Assembly (NCBI GenBank): GCA_035400945.1
Contig: DAONAJ010000014.1
Location: 4,740 to 68,739 of the forward strand
Direction of reading: 5' to 3'
DNA length: 64,000 nucleotides
From: Spirochaetota bacterium
Lineage (GTDB): Bacteria; Spirochaetota; UBA4802; UBA5550
Part shown: positions 1 through 8,204 of the stretch, piece after piece
Numbering within the stretch: the stretch's first letter is position 1
How the letters are laid out: every line of letters begins with the position of its first letter
Notes under the pieces: model-generated
The model's database searches: none
What the model saw: the letters and a program-made list of their open reading frames with translations, nothing else
Told to the model about the DNA's origin: nothing
Position numbers and translations under genes: made by a program

Positions 1-719
1 AAGAAGCACCGTTCCGCGCCCAGGTAGGCCACCACGTCCTTCATGATCTTTTCCCCCACATAGGCCACCGCGGAGAGATCGACGAAGACCGAAGGCCTTT
101 CACGGATCAGCTTCCATGAATCCGCGTAGCAGGGAAAGGCCGCGTGGGCAAGGACCAGTTTGAGACCGGGGACCCTGTCGACAAGGTCTATGAAATTCCC
201 ATGATCACCGAAGCCCGCGTGGATGAGGAGCGGCTTGTTCAGGCTGACCGCCTGTTCCGCCGCCGGGACCAGCTCTACAGGGGGATAGCGGTGCCAGAAG
301 GGATGCGCCTTTATGCCGACAAACCCCGGTGATTTTTTCCATTTCTCAATTTCCCTGACCGGGTCATTCTTGCCCCGCGGATTGACGAAGACCCATCCAT
401 AGAATTTATCAGGATGTTTCCGGGTCAGTGAGAATACGGGCCCGTTGTCAGGATCGGGATAAATTGTATAGACGGAATTGAGGATTTTTATGCCGTCATC
501 GGTAAAGTTTGCCGACAGCAAGTTGCCGACACCGCGCAGCGGCTTGCGGGTCAGTAGTTGCTGCAGCAGCCAGACTGCCACATGAGGCGTGACCGGGAGA
601 GGATCGTTCATGCATCCAATCAGGGCTGTTCTGTCCACGCATGCGGCGGACATTTTCGCCAGGAGCGCCTCCGCGTTCATCATCCGTTCGTCATAATGGA
701 AATGGCAATCTATTATCAT
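1..719 (-). CDS. Amidohydrolase-family (TIM-barrel metal-dependent hydrolase) protein, partial (C-terminal part lies beyond the left edge)
   Basis: Absent from the ORF track because it has no stop inside the window. My reverse-strand translation from the ATG (complement of 717-719) reads MIIDCHFHYDERMMNAEALLAKMSAACVDRTALIGC...FVGIKAHPFWHRYP...LLIHAGFGDHGNF...LVLAHAAFP and stays open to position 1. The DxHxH start and later His/Asp pattern are typical of amidohydrolase_2-type proteins. Confidence 0.6.
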   Translation of the reverse strand, partial: MIIDCHFHYDERMMNAEALLAKMSAACVDRTALIGCMNDPLPVTPHVAVWLLQQLLTRKPLRGVGNLLSANFTDDGIKILNSVYTIYPDPDNGPVFSLTRKHPDKFYGWVFVNPRGKNDPVREIEKWKKSPGFVGIKAHPFWHRYPPVELVPAAEQAVSLNKPLLIHAGFGDHGNFIDLVDRVPGLKLVLAHAAFPCYADSWKLIRERPSVFVDLSAVAYVGEKIMKDVVAYLGAERCF

Positions 720-1039
720 ATGAGCCTCCATCACGGTTAGATACAATATCAGATACAGCTTTCACGGAGAAGTCAATATGAAAAAATATGCGGTTGCCGG
801 CATAACATGAGCAATCGCTCATTCCTATTAATTTAAAAAAATTTATATTGATTTTTACAATCCGCCATACTAGCGTGGCAACCGTGATTAAACATATAAA
901 GAGACATACATAACCGGAGGTTTCACCTATGAACACTGTCCGACCCCTGCAACACTAATCCCTTTACAGGTATCAGCTCCCGATGTCTCGCCGTCAGGCA
1001 GGATGAATTCATCGTGGCTGCCGGCCGATGACCGCGTGT

Positions 1040-1067
1040 GATTTCATTTCCGTTTAATAATGAAATC
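1040..1067. promoter_or_regulatory. Inverted repeat GATTTCATT-N10-AATGAAATC (possible operator) upstream of the LolA-like gene
   Basis: Perfect 9-bp arms read directly. They extend to 12 bp with one mismatch (TGTGATTTCATT / AATGAAATCGCA). The repeat lies ~100 nt upstream of the ATG at 1166. Confidence 0.3.
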
Positions 1068-1165
1068 GCATTATGGAAAAAGCTCTATTTCCGCGCATGA
1101 TGCCTGTTGTGCGGGAATTTGATGCATATTATCATGTTGAACAACAATTAATTATGGAGGAAGCA

Positions 1166-2011
1166 ATGAAGCTTATCAGATTCTTTTCATCTCTTGTTTT
1201 TCTATTCAGCTGTTCGGTGGCCTTTTCCGAATCGCCGGTGGAAATGGGAACGCGGTTGATGAAGATCAACGACGACCGGCCGGTCTTTGAAAAGGTAAAA
1301 GCGAAAGGAACCCTTACCATTTACGACAGCAGCGGAAAGGTCAAGTTCACGAAATCCCTCATCATGGGAACCTACACCACCGGCATGGGATCGGCGGCGA
1401 CCTTCGCAGAGAAATACCTCGCCTACATGATGTCTCCGGCGGACGACCAGGGGAACTCCTATCTCATGTACCACTACAAGACCCGGGACGACGTGAAATG
1501 GGTGTATCTGAAAGGCATCCGCAAGGCCAAGAAGGTCACCGGCGCGGACAAGAAGCTGAGCTTCTTCGGCAGCGATTTCACCAACGCCGAGGCGAGCAAA
1601 CCGAATTTTCTGGAATGGAACTACAAATATCTCGGCGAGGAGAAAGTCGAATTCAAGGGCAAGGTCTTTGACTGCTACATGGTCGAATCAACCCCCAAAA
1701 CAAAGGCCATCATGAGCGACCAGGGGTGCGGCCGGAGGGTCTCTTTCTTTGAAAAAAAATCTCATCTTACGCTGCGCCTCGATTTGTATGACGAAAACAT
1801 GATCAAGGTAAAGGAGCTCCGCCTCTTGTCCTTTACGACAAAAAATAACATACATGGACAAAAAGTTAATTACGAAACCGGATTGGAGATGAAGAATGTC
1901 AAAACCGGTTCACGAAGCACCTTGGTCTTCACGGATTTGCAAACCGAAGAAGAATCCAATCTGCGGACGGATGTTTTCACCGAGCAGTACCTGACGCAGA
2001 AATGGTGGTAG
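1166..2011 (+). CDS. LolA-like outer-membrane lipoprotein-sorting family protein (secreted)
   Basis: Start moved to ATG 1166, which follows GGAGGAAGCA and gives the signal peptide MKLIRFFSSLVFLFSCSVAFS. The internal motif KKLSFFGSDFTNAE resembles the SF/W-x-GS-x-FTN-DD signature of LolA_like proteins. Confidence 0.55.
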   Translation: MKLIRFFSSLVFLFSCSVAFSESPVEMGTRLMKINDDRPVFEKVKAKGTLTIYDSSGKVKFTKSLIMGTYTTGMGSAATFAEKYLAYMMSPADDQGNSYLMYHYKTRDDVKWVYLKGIRKAKKVTGADKKLSFFGSDFTNAEASKPNFLEWNYKYLGEEKVEFKGKVFDCYMVESTPKTKAIMSDQGCGRRVSFFEKKSHLTLRLDLYDENMIKVKELRLLSFTTKNNIHGQKVNYETGLEMKNVKTGSRSTLVFTDLQTEEESNLRTDVFTEQYLTQKWW

Positions 2012-2069
2012 GATTGTCATGCGGCCCGAGCCGCAGACCGGTCCAAAGCATTACTACTTGGAGGATAGG

Positions 2070-3596
2070 ATGAAAACATTACGAATGACGGTCATCATCG
2101 CCCTGTTTTTCTTGTGCACCGGCGTATCCTACAGCCAGATCGAGGATCTCTCCGAGGGAAAGGAGAAACAGGCCGCTAAGAAGACCGAAAAAACGGAGGG
2201 GGAAAGCGGCGGCGGCAGCAAGGAAGTCACCTTCGCCCTCCATGGCTATGCCCAGGCAAATTTCGTCGTATCGAGAAACGACATGGGAGTCGGGGGCAAC
2301 CGGTGGATCAATTCCAAATATCAATTCCCCCGGGTAGGTGCCACCCTCCAGCTGGAGCTGGAAGGAAACGCCTATGACGTTGCCCACTTTTTTTCGGCGG
2401 TCCAGATAGAATACAACGCGGCAGGGGAAAAGACCAATTTCCCGAAATTCTATTACCCGAACACCATGCTGCAGTATGTCTACTACCAGTCTATAGCCGA
2501 CTTTAAAAGGGATGAAATCAGCAAGGCGCCGACGGTCAATGTCCGCGAAACCTATGTTGACCTGTACGGAAAACATGTGACCTTCAGGGCCGGCCAGCAG
2601 ATCATATCCTGGGGCGAGATCGAGGGAATCGAAGCCCCCTCGGACGTGGTTATTCCATGGGACTTCACAACCATGAGCAACTACTTTGAATATTCCCGCA
2701 TAGGCGTTGTCGCGGCAAACCTGACCTTCCATTTCGCCAAGCAGCAGCTCCAGTTTATCTGGATGCCGCTGTTCCAGCCGGCAAAGCTGCCGGAAGAATC
2801 CCTTTACAAGAGAGGGGTCACCAGCATCAAGCGGCCGGCCTTTGAAGCGCGCAACGGGGAATATGCGGCGCGCCTTTCAGGACAGATCGGCGACCAGTTC
2901 CGCTACGGCCTCGGGTTCCTCTACGGCTTCGACGACATGCCCGATACCAGGGTGCGGATGCTCAAGAGCCCTTCATCGATACTCGGTTTTGACCTGTTTC
3001 TGCCGAAGGCGGTTTTCACCGACATGTACTATAACCGCGTCATGGTCCCCACCCTCGACCTGAATATCGGCATAGGCGAAGTTTTGTGCTGGAAGGTTTC
3101 GGCGAACGCGAATTTCACCAAGGATTTCTACGGCAAGATTGACCTGATCAAGAACTCGACGGTCACCTACCTGACCGGACCCGAATCGACGAATCTTTTC
3201 TGGAAAATCTATGTCGGTTTGTACCTGGGCCAGCAGTGGATCATCAATTACACCAAGCCGGGGAACATGATGGACATGCTTGAGCTGGTCACGATGCCGC
3301 AATCGAACAAGCTTCCCAACGAACAGATCATCGAGGGGTACGGCCAGCAGTACCCGTACAAATGGATGCTCTCCAGCAATATTCAGAGAAGCTTCGGGGA
3401 AAGCGATGCCCTGGATTTCCAGATCCGTTTCGCCCTGTATACTGACCCGAAATTAAAAAAATGGGATTATGTCGTATATCCCTATCTGATGTATAAATTC
3501 ACCAATGGCGTCAGCACGTCACTCGGTTTTGTCATCGCCAACCGGCTGGGAGACAGCAGGAACATGATCATTTCCGAGACCCGGTACTCCTTCTGA
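2070..3596 (+). CDS. Putative outer-membrane beta-barrel protein
   Basis: ATG 2070 follows GGAGGATAGG and gives the signal peptide MKTLRMTVIIALFFLCTGVSYSQ. The sequence is rich in alternating aromatic/polar residues and ends in ...ETRYSF, the terminal Phe typical of OMPs. It sits directly downstream of the LolA-like gene. Confidence 0.45.
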   Translation: MKTLRMTVIIALFFLCTGVSYSQIEDLSEGKEKQAAKKTEKTEGESGGGSKEVTFALHGYAQANFVVSRNDMGVGGNRWINSKYQFPRVGATLQLELEGNAYDVAHFFSAVQIEYNAAGEKTNFPKFYYPNTMLQYVYYQSIADFKRDEISKAPTVNVRETYVDLYGKHVTFRAGQQIISWGEIEGIEAPSDVVIPWDFTTMSNYFEYSRIGVVAANLTFHFAKQQLQFIWMPLFQPAKLPEESLYKRGVTSIKRPAFEARNGEYAARLSGQIGDQFRYGLGFLYGFDDMPDTRVRMLKSPSSILGFDLFLPKAVFTDMYYNRVMVPTLDLNIGIGEVLCWKVSANANFTKDFYGKIDLIKNSTVTYLTGPESTNLFWKIYVGLYLGQQWIINYTKPGNMMDMLELVTMPQSNKLPNEQIIEGYGQQYPYKWMLSSNIQRSFGESDALDFQIRFALYTDPKLKKWDYVVYPYLMYKFTNGVSTSLGFVIANRLGDSRNMIISETRYSF

Positions 3597-3634
3597 TAAC
3601 TCTTCAGTGAAGATTTTGTTGGAATATCACTGTT

Positions 3635-3663
3635 AAAGACAGCCCTCAGGGCTGTCTTTTTTT
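3635..3663 (+). terminator. Rho-independent terminator
   Basis: AAAGACAGCCC-TCA-GGGCTGTCTTT hairpin followed by a T-run, ~40 nt after the stop at 3596. Confidence 0.7.
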
Positions 3664-3743
3664 ATCCCAATAAATCCAGCTGACGTAAAAAAATATTCTT
3701 GCTAATTTCCGGACCCGCACAATGCCTGATATAGACAGCCGGC

Positions 3744-4391
3744 ATGGAACAGATAGTAAACGACATAATCACGTTTTTACTCCCTAAAAACGACCTGTTT
3801 TTATACTTATTTCTCTTTATCAGCGCCATCATTGAAAATTTATTCCCGCCGATCCCCGGGGACACCATCACCATTTTCGGCGCATTCCTGGTGGGCACCG
3901 GCAGGCTATCCTATATGCTGGTGTACGCCGCTACCACAACGGGCAGCGTGATTGGCTTCATGCTCCTGGTAATGGTGGGCCGCATCCTTGAGCGTGAATT
4001 TTTCATGAATAAAAACTACCGCTTCTTTTCAGCTGAAAGCATTGTGGCCGCGGAACGGTGGTTTGAACGATACGGCTATTTCGTGGTGCTGGCAAACCGG
4101 TTCCTTCCCGGCATCAGGTCCGTTATTTCGCTGGTGTCAGGAATCACACGACTGAACCTGATAAAAGTAGTGCTGCTGACACTGGTGAGCGCTTCAGTAT
4201 GGAACCTGATATGGATCCAGGTCGGCTTTGTCCTCGGCAACAACTGGCAGATGGTAAGGGAAAAAGCGGGAATCCTAATCGAAAGATACAATATCGCCAT
4301 GGGCATCATTATCGCCCTGGCAGTTGTTTGTTTTATCATATATAAAAAGGTAAAAAAACGCGGAAACCAAAAGAACGATAACGCTTTGTAA
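3744..4391 (+). CDS. DedA/VTT-family membrane protein
   Basis: The motif ENLFPPIPGDTITIFGAFLVG, the later LANRFLPGIRS motif and multiple hydrophobic helices are typical of DedA proteins. Confidence 0.75.
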   Translation: MEQIVNDIITFLLPKNDLFLYLFLFISAIIENLFPPIPGDTITIFGAFLVGTGRLSYMLVYAATTTGSVIGFMLLVMVGRILEREFFMNKNYRFFSAESIVAAERWFERYGYFVVLANRFLPGIRSVISLVSGITRLNLIKVVLLTLVSASVWNLIWIQVGFVLGNNWQMVREKAGILIERYNIAMGIIIALAVVCFIIYKKVKKRGNQKNDNAL

Positions 4392-4599
4392 ATATCATTT
4401 ACCTGATGCAGGCAACGGCCAGCAGATGACCGCTCTGTTACAGAGAATGGCAGGAGCCGGATTAATGGCCCATTAATAAAAAATCGATCTAAAAAATACT
4501 TGTTTTTTTATTATACCCTTTGGTAATTGGTATTAAGTCGAACTTTGCATAGAGCATGGTCATGCCCATGCTAAATTCTGTTAAGTTTGATCAATCCTT

Positions 4600-5235
4600 A
4601 TGGCAAAAATCAAAAAGGCTCTTCTCAGCGTGTCCGATAAAACCGGAATTGTTGAATTTGCCAGGGAGCTAGAGACATACAATATCCAGTTTATTTCAAC
4701 GGGAGGGACGGCCAGGATACTCCGGTCAAACGGGCTGGAAATAATGGATGTGGCCGATTACACCGGCTATCCTGAAATGATGGACGGCAGGGTCAAGACC
4801 CTGCACCCGAAGATCCATGGGGGGCTGCTGGGTATACGGTCCAACCCGGAGCACCTCCATGACATGAATGAATACAACATCGAGGGCATTGACATGATCG
4901 TGGTCAATGTCAAGCCGGTTGAAAAGGAGACGCTCAGCCGGGGGCTTACCCTCGAAGACGCGATGAACAGGATAGATATCGGCGGCATTGCCCTTCTCCG
5001 GTCCGCCGCCAAGAACTTTAAAAGCGTCACGGCAGTCACAGACTCCGGAGATTACGACGCGGTAATCGAAGAGATGCGGAACAATAACGGTGCCGTGTCT
5101 GCTGAAATGAATCTGCAGCTCGCTATAAAGGTTTTTGAAACGACGTCCAGATATGACAGCCTGATATCTGAGTACTTGAGGCAGAAGGCATTACTCGGTT
5201 TTTCTGAAAAAAAATATATTGAGATTCCCCGGTAA
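4600..5235 (+). CDS. Stand-alone PurH N-terminal (MGS-like / IMP cyclohydrolase) domain protein
   Basis: ALLSVSDKTGIVEFARELE..STGGTARIL...DYTGYPEMMDGRVKTLHPKIHGG...IDIGGIALLRSAAKNF aligns by eye with residues ~1-200 of bifunctional PurH. The ORF stops at 211 aa and has no AICAR transformylase domain. Confidence 0.7.
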   Translation: MAKIKKALLSVSDKTGIVEFARELETYNIQFISTGGTARILRSNGLEIMDVADYTGYPEMMDGRVKTLHPKIHGGLLGIRSNPEHLHDMNEYNIEGIDMIVVNVKPVEKETLSRGLTLEDAMNRIDIGGIALLRSAAKNFKSVTAVTDSGDYDAVIEEMRNNNGAVSAEMNLQLAIKVFETTSRYDSLISEYLRQKALLGFSEKKYIEIPR

Positions 5236-5314
5236 TTATAAGTTTTGGCATTTATGGCAAACCGGCGAAGACCAATAACAAATATAATAATAACAATTTA
5301 ATCGGAGGTAGTAC

Positions 5315-7297
5315 ATGGCTGAAGTTACTCTTAAAGAGATTTATCCAGTGCCCGAAAGTTTCAAGAAAAAGGCATACATCAAAAGCCGCGCTGACTACGA
5401 AAAAATGTGGAAAGAGTCCCTTGCTGATCCAGACGCCTTCTGGGCAAAGATTGCCGAGGAGTACGTGACCTGGTTCAAGAAATGGGACACGGTCAACACC
5501 AGCAACTATGCCAAGGACATGAAGGATTTCAAAATCGAGTGGTTTAAGGGCGGCAAGCTGAATGTGTCCTACAACTGTCTCGACAGGCACCTGGAGAAGA
5601 GAGGGAACCAGGTAGCCCTCATCTGGGAAGGAAACGATCCCAGCGAAGACAAAAAGTTCACCTACAAGCAGCTCCATGAGGAAGTCTGCAAATTCGCCAA
5701 TGTTCTCAAGAAAAACGGCGTCAAGAAGGGCGACCGGGTTACCTTCTATCTGCCGATGATCCCCGAGCTGGCAATAGGCATTCTCGCCTGTACCCGTATC
5801 GGCGCGATCCACTCTGTCGTTTTCGGCGGCTTCTCCGCTGAAGCGCTCCGCGACCGCGTCAACGATTGCGACAGCCAGGTGCTTGTATCCTGCGACGGCA
5901 CCTTCCGCGGCGCCAAGGCTGTTCCCCAGAAAGACAACGCCGACAAGGCCCTCAAAGAGTGCCCGGGCGTTCGGTGCCATATCGTTGTGAAACGGGTCGG
6001 CGACCAGATCAAGTGTACCTGGAACGACAAGACCGACAAGTGGTGGCATGAAGAAATGGCAACAGTCGACGCCAAATGCGAACCGGAACACATGGATGCG
6101 ACGGATCCCCTGTTCATCCTCTACACCTCCGGATCGACCGGAAAGCCGAAAGGCGCCATGCACGGAACCGGCGGCTACCTGACCTACGTGGCCTTTACCC
6201 ACAAGATTATCTTCGACTATCATGAAGGCGACATCTACTGGTGTACCGCCGACATCGGCTGGGTAACCGGACACTCCTATATCTGCTACGGTCCCCTCGC
6301 CAACGGCGCGACCACGATCATGTTCGAAGGCGTTCCCAACTATCCGGATCCGGGCCGGTTCTGGCAAGTTGTTGAGAAGCACAAAGTCAATATTTTCTAC
6401 ACCGCTCCGACCGCTATTCGCGCGATCGCCAAAGAAGGCGACAGCTGGGTCGACAAGCACAACATCAAGTCCATCCAGCTCCTCGGTTCAGTCGGCGAGC
6501 CTCTGAACCCCGAAGCGTGGAACTGGTATTATCAGAAGATCGGCCGCGGCGAGTGCCCGATCGTTGACACCTGGTGGCAAACCGAGACCGGTGGCATCCT
6601 CATCACCCCGCTTCCCGGCGCTATCGACATCAAACCCGCCATGGCGACGGTTCCCTTCTTCGGCATTGAGCCCTGCATCGTTGACGATGAAGGCAAACCC
6701 CTTGAAGGCGTATGCCAGGGCAACCTCTGCATCAACCGCTCATGGCCTGGTCAGATGATGGGCGTGTACGGAGATCCCAAGCGGATGTTCGACACCTACT
6801 TCTCGCAGTTCCCGGGCAGGTACTTCACCGGTGACGGCTGCAAACGCGACAAGGACGGCTACTATCAGATCACCGGCCGCGTTGACGACGTCATCAACGT
6901 ATCCGGTCACCGGATGGGGACCGCTGAGGTCGAATCGGCCCTCGTATCCAACAAGAACGTGGCCGAGTCCGCCGTTGTCGGTTATCCGCACCCGATCAAG
7001 GGCCAGTCGATCTACGCGTTCGTAACGCTGAAATCCGGCGTTGAGAAATCAGACGAACTCAAGAAAGAGCTCGTCGCCACCGTCCGCAAGGAGATCGGCC
7101 CCATCGCGACACCGGAAATCATCCAGTGGGCGGACGTTCTTCCCAAGACCCGGTCAGGCAAGATCATGCGCCGGATCCTCAAGAAGATCGCCGCCAGCGA
7201 CTTCGACAAGAGCGGCATGGGCGACACCTCGACCCTCGCCGACCCGTCTGTCGTTGACACGCTGATCGCGGGCGCAAAAGAAGTTCAGGGCAAGTAA
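5315..7297 (+). CDS. acs: Acetyl-CoA synthetase (AMP-forming)
   Basis: 660 aa. Canonical Acs motifs [40 protein letters not shown] and [11 protein letters not shown] are present. Confidence 0.95.
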   Translation: MAEVTLKEIYPVPESFKKKAYIKSRADYEKMWKESLADPDAFWAKIAEEYVTWFKKWDTVNTSNYAKDMKDFKIEWFKGGKLNVSYNCLDRHLEKRGNQVALIWEGNDPSEDKKFTYKQLHEEVCKFANVLKKNGVKKGDRVTFYLPMIPELAIGILACTRIGAIHSVVFGGFSAEALRDRVNDCDSQVLVSCDGTFRGAKAVPQKDNADKALKECPGVRCHIVVKRVGDQIKCTWNDKTDKWWHEEMATVDAKCEPEHMDATDPLFILYTSGSTGKPKGAMHGTGGYLTYVAFTHKIIFDYHEGDIYWCTADIGWVTGHSYICYGPLANGATTIMFEGVPNYPDPGRFWQVVEKHKVNIFYTAPTAIRAIAKEGDSWVDKHNIKSIQLLGSVGEPLNPEAWNWYYQKIGRGECPIVDTWWQTETGGILITPLPGAIDIKPAMATVPFFGIEPCIVDDEGKPLEGVCQGNLCINRSWPGQMMGVYGDPKRMFDTYFSQFPGRYFTGDGCKRDKDGYYQITGRVDDVINVSGHRMGTAEVESALVSNKNVAESAVVGYPHPIKGQSIYAFVTLKSGVEKSDELKKELVATVRKEIGPIATPEIIQWADVLPKTRSGKIMRRILKKIAASDFDKSGMGDTSTLADPSVVDTLIAGAKEVQGK

Positions 7298-7318
7298 GTC
7301 TTCCGCAAATGAAACTCG

Positions 7319-7349
7319 AAAAGCGGCGATGCAAATCGCCGCTTTTTTT
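7319..7349 (+). terminator. Rho-independent terminator after acs
   Basis: AGCGGCGA-TGCAAA-TCGCCGCT hairpin followed by T8. Confidence 0.75.
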
Positions 7350-7409
7350 TGCCCATGACGTTGACATTCTCCATCAACCCTTACCTGCCGCGCTCCCTAC
7401 AATTAAAAC

Positions 7410-7438
7410 TTGACTTACTATCTTGGTTTATTTACTAT
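7410..7438 (+). promoter_or_regulatory. Putative sigma-70 promoter (TTGACT-17-TACTAT)
   Basis: Hexamers read directly, ~33 nt upstream of the lipoprotein ATG at 7471. Confidence 0.35.
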
Positions 7439-7470
7439 AAAACTGACCATCCTTGATGCGGAGTTTGCAT

Positions 7471-7920
7471 ATGAAAAGAGTATTTATCCCGGTTTTGGTC
7501 CTTCTGTTATCATGCGGCATATCAACCGTCCAAAAGGGAAATTCCGGCGCTACCGGTGCTTCGTCATCGGCATCAAAGAACGAGGCAAAGCCGGATACGG
7601 AGCGCTGCAGGGAATACGAGGTTCCTGAAGGAAGTGATTGCTACCTGACCGGCGTCAGAGCGGTGCCCTGCGGCGACTGCGAAACAGGGGTAAAGCTCTA
7701 TGTCATAGCCTATAACGTGGGCAAAGCCTCCCATCCATGGGGGTTTGAGCTGTCCCGGATCAGGGTCCCCGCCGCCAGGGCCGAGGAATTTGAAACACTG
7801 GTATCACGATATTCCCCGGTAAAATGCTCAGGCGTCATTGTACTGCCCCCCTGCGGTCCGGAAGCCAAGGATATGAATTTAAAAATACCATGGCCCGCAT
7901 GGGTCCGGTTTCCGCAGTAA
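7471..7920 (+). CDS. Hypothetical lipoprotein
   Basis: MKRVFIPVLVLLLSCGIS contains a lipobox (LSC). I prefer this start over the upstream TTG extension in the ORF track. Confidence 0.5.
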   Translation: MKRVFIPVLVLLLSCGISTVQKGNSGATGASSSASKNEAKPDTERCREYEVPEGSDCYLTGVRAVPCGDCETGVKLYVIAYNVGKASHPWGFELSRIRVPAARAEEFETLVSRYSPVKCSGVIVLPPCGPEAKDMNLKIPWPAWVRFPQ

Positions 7921-7972
7921 TCAAAACAGCTTTTCTGAAAAATAAAAAAAATTAATAAAATCCTCCATCTGC

Positions 7973-8001
7973 TTGACTTTGTCCCATCCGATACATATTT
8001 T
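7973..8001 (+). promoter_or_regulatory. Putative sigma-70 promoter (TTGACT-17-TATTTT) for the riboswitch-kimA-like transcript
   Basis: Hexamers read directly. The predicted TSS lies ~4-8 nt before the first riboswitch helix. Confidence 0.35.
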
Positions 8002-8011
8002 ATTCTCTATT

Positions 8012-8130
8012 GTTACGCCGAGATCCGGGCAATCCCCGGATGCGGGGGACCCGTTTTGTTGGGGCGTATTCCAATACCGGATAGGGCACTTCCAAGCCCG
8101 AGCCCGTCAGCTAACCTCGTAGGCGATTGG
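8012..8130 (+). promoter_or_regulatory. c-di-AMP riboswitch (ydaO-yuaA / kimA motif)
   Basis: The segments GCGGGGGACCCG, UUGGGGCGUAUUCC and GAGCCCGUCAGCUAACCUCGUAGGCG match the conserved ydaO-motif blocks GGGGGACCC, GGGGUGAAUCC and ACCCGUCAGCUAACCUCGUAAGCG. CGCC (8016-8019) can pair with GGCG (8122-8125) as the closing helix. A KimA-like transporter lies directly downstream. Confidence 0.8.
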
Positions 8131-8204
8131 GAGGCCCTGTGAAGCTGCCTGCATGACAGTTTTATTTTCCCGCCTCCATAGTTTCTTCCGGTGCCGGAGG
8201 CCCT

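Noticed and set aside
691-936. 81-aa minus-strand ORF and a 10-codon plus-strand mini-ORF (778-810) in the 720-1165 intergenic region
   Set aside because: The region is AT-rich and promoter-like, and I see no RBS or motif. The 81-aa ORF overlaps the amidohydrolase start region.
4392-4599. Looked for a ZTP riboswitch upstream of the purH-like gene, a common association
   Set aside because: There is no GACUGGCG-like or CGCCUGGGCA-like element. Only a simple hairpin, AGCATGG-N6-CCATGCT (~4552-4571), is present.
5252-6460. Long antisense or out-of-frame ORFs. Minus strand: 5252-6460, 16002-17333, 20611-21798, 23097-23789, 24953-25921, 40565-41917 and 54798-55628. Plus strand: 14508-15131, 33483-34763, 37635-38939, 44114-44839 and 52228-53964
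   Set aside because: Each lies opposite or out of frame to a gene with strong family motifs. Their translations are Arg/Gly/Pro/Val/His-rich low-complexity sequence typical of shadow ORFs in GC-rich DNA, and they have no motifs or RBS.
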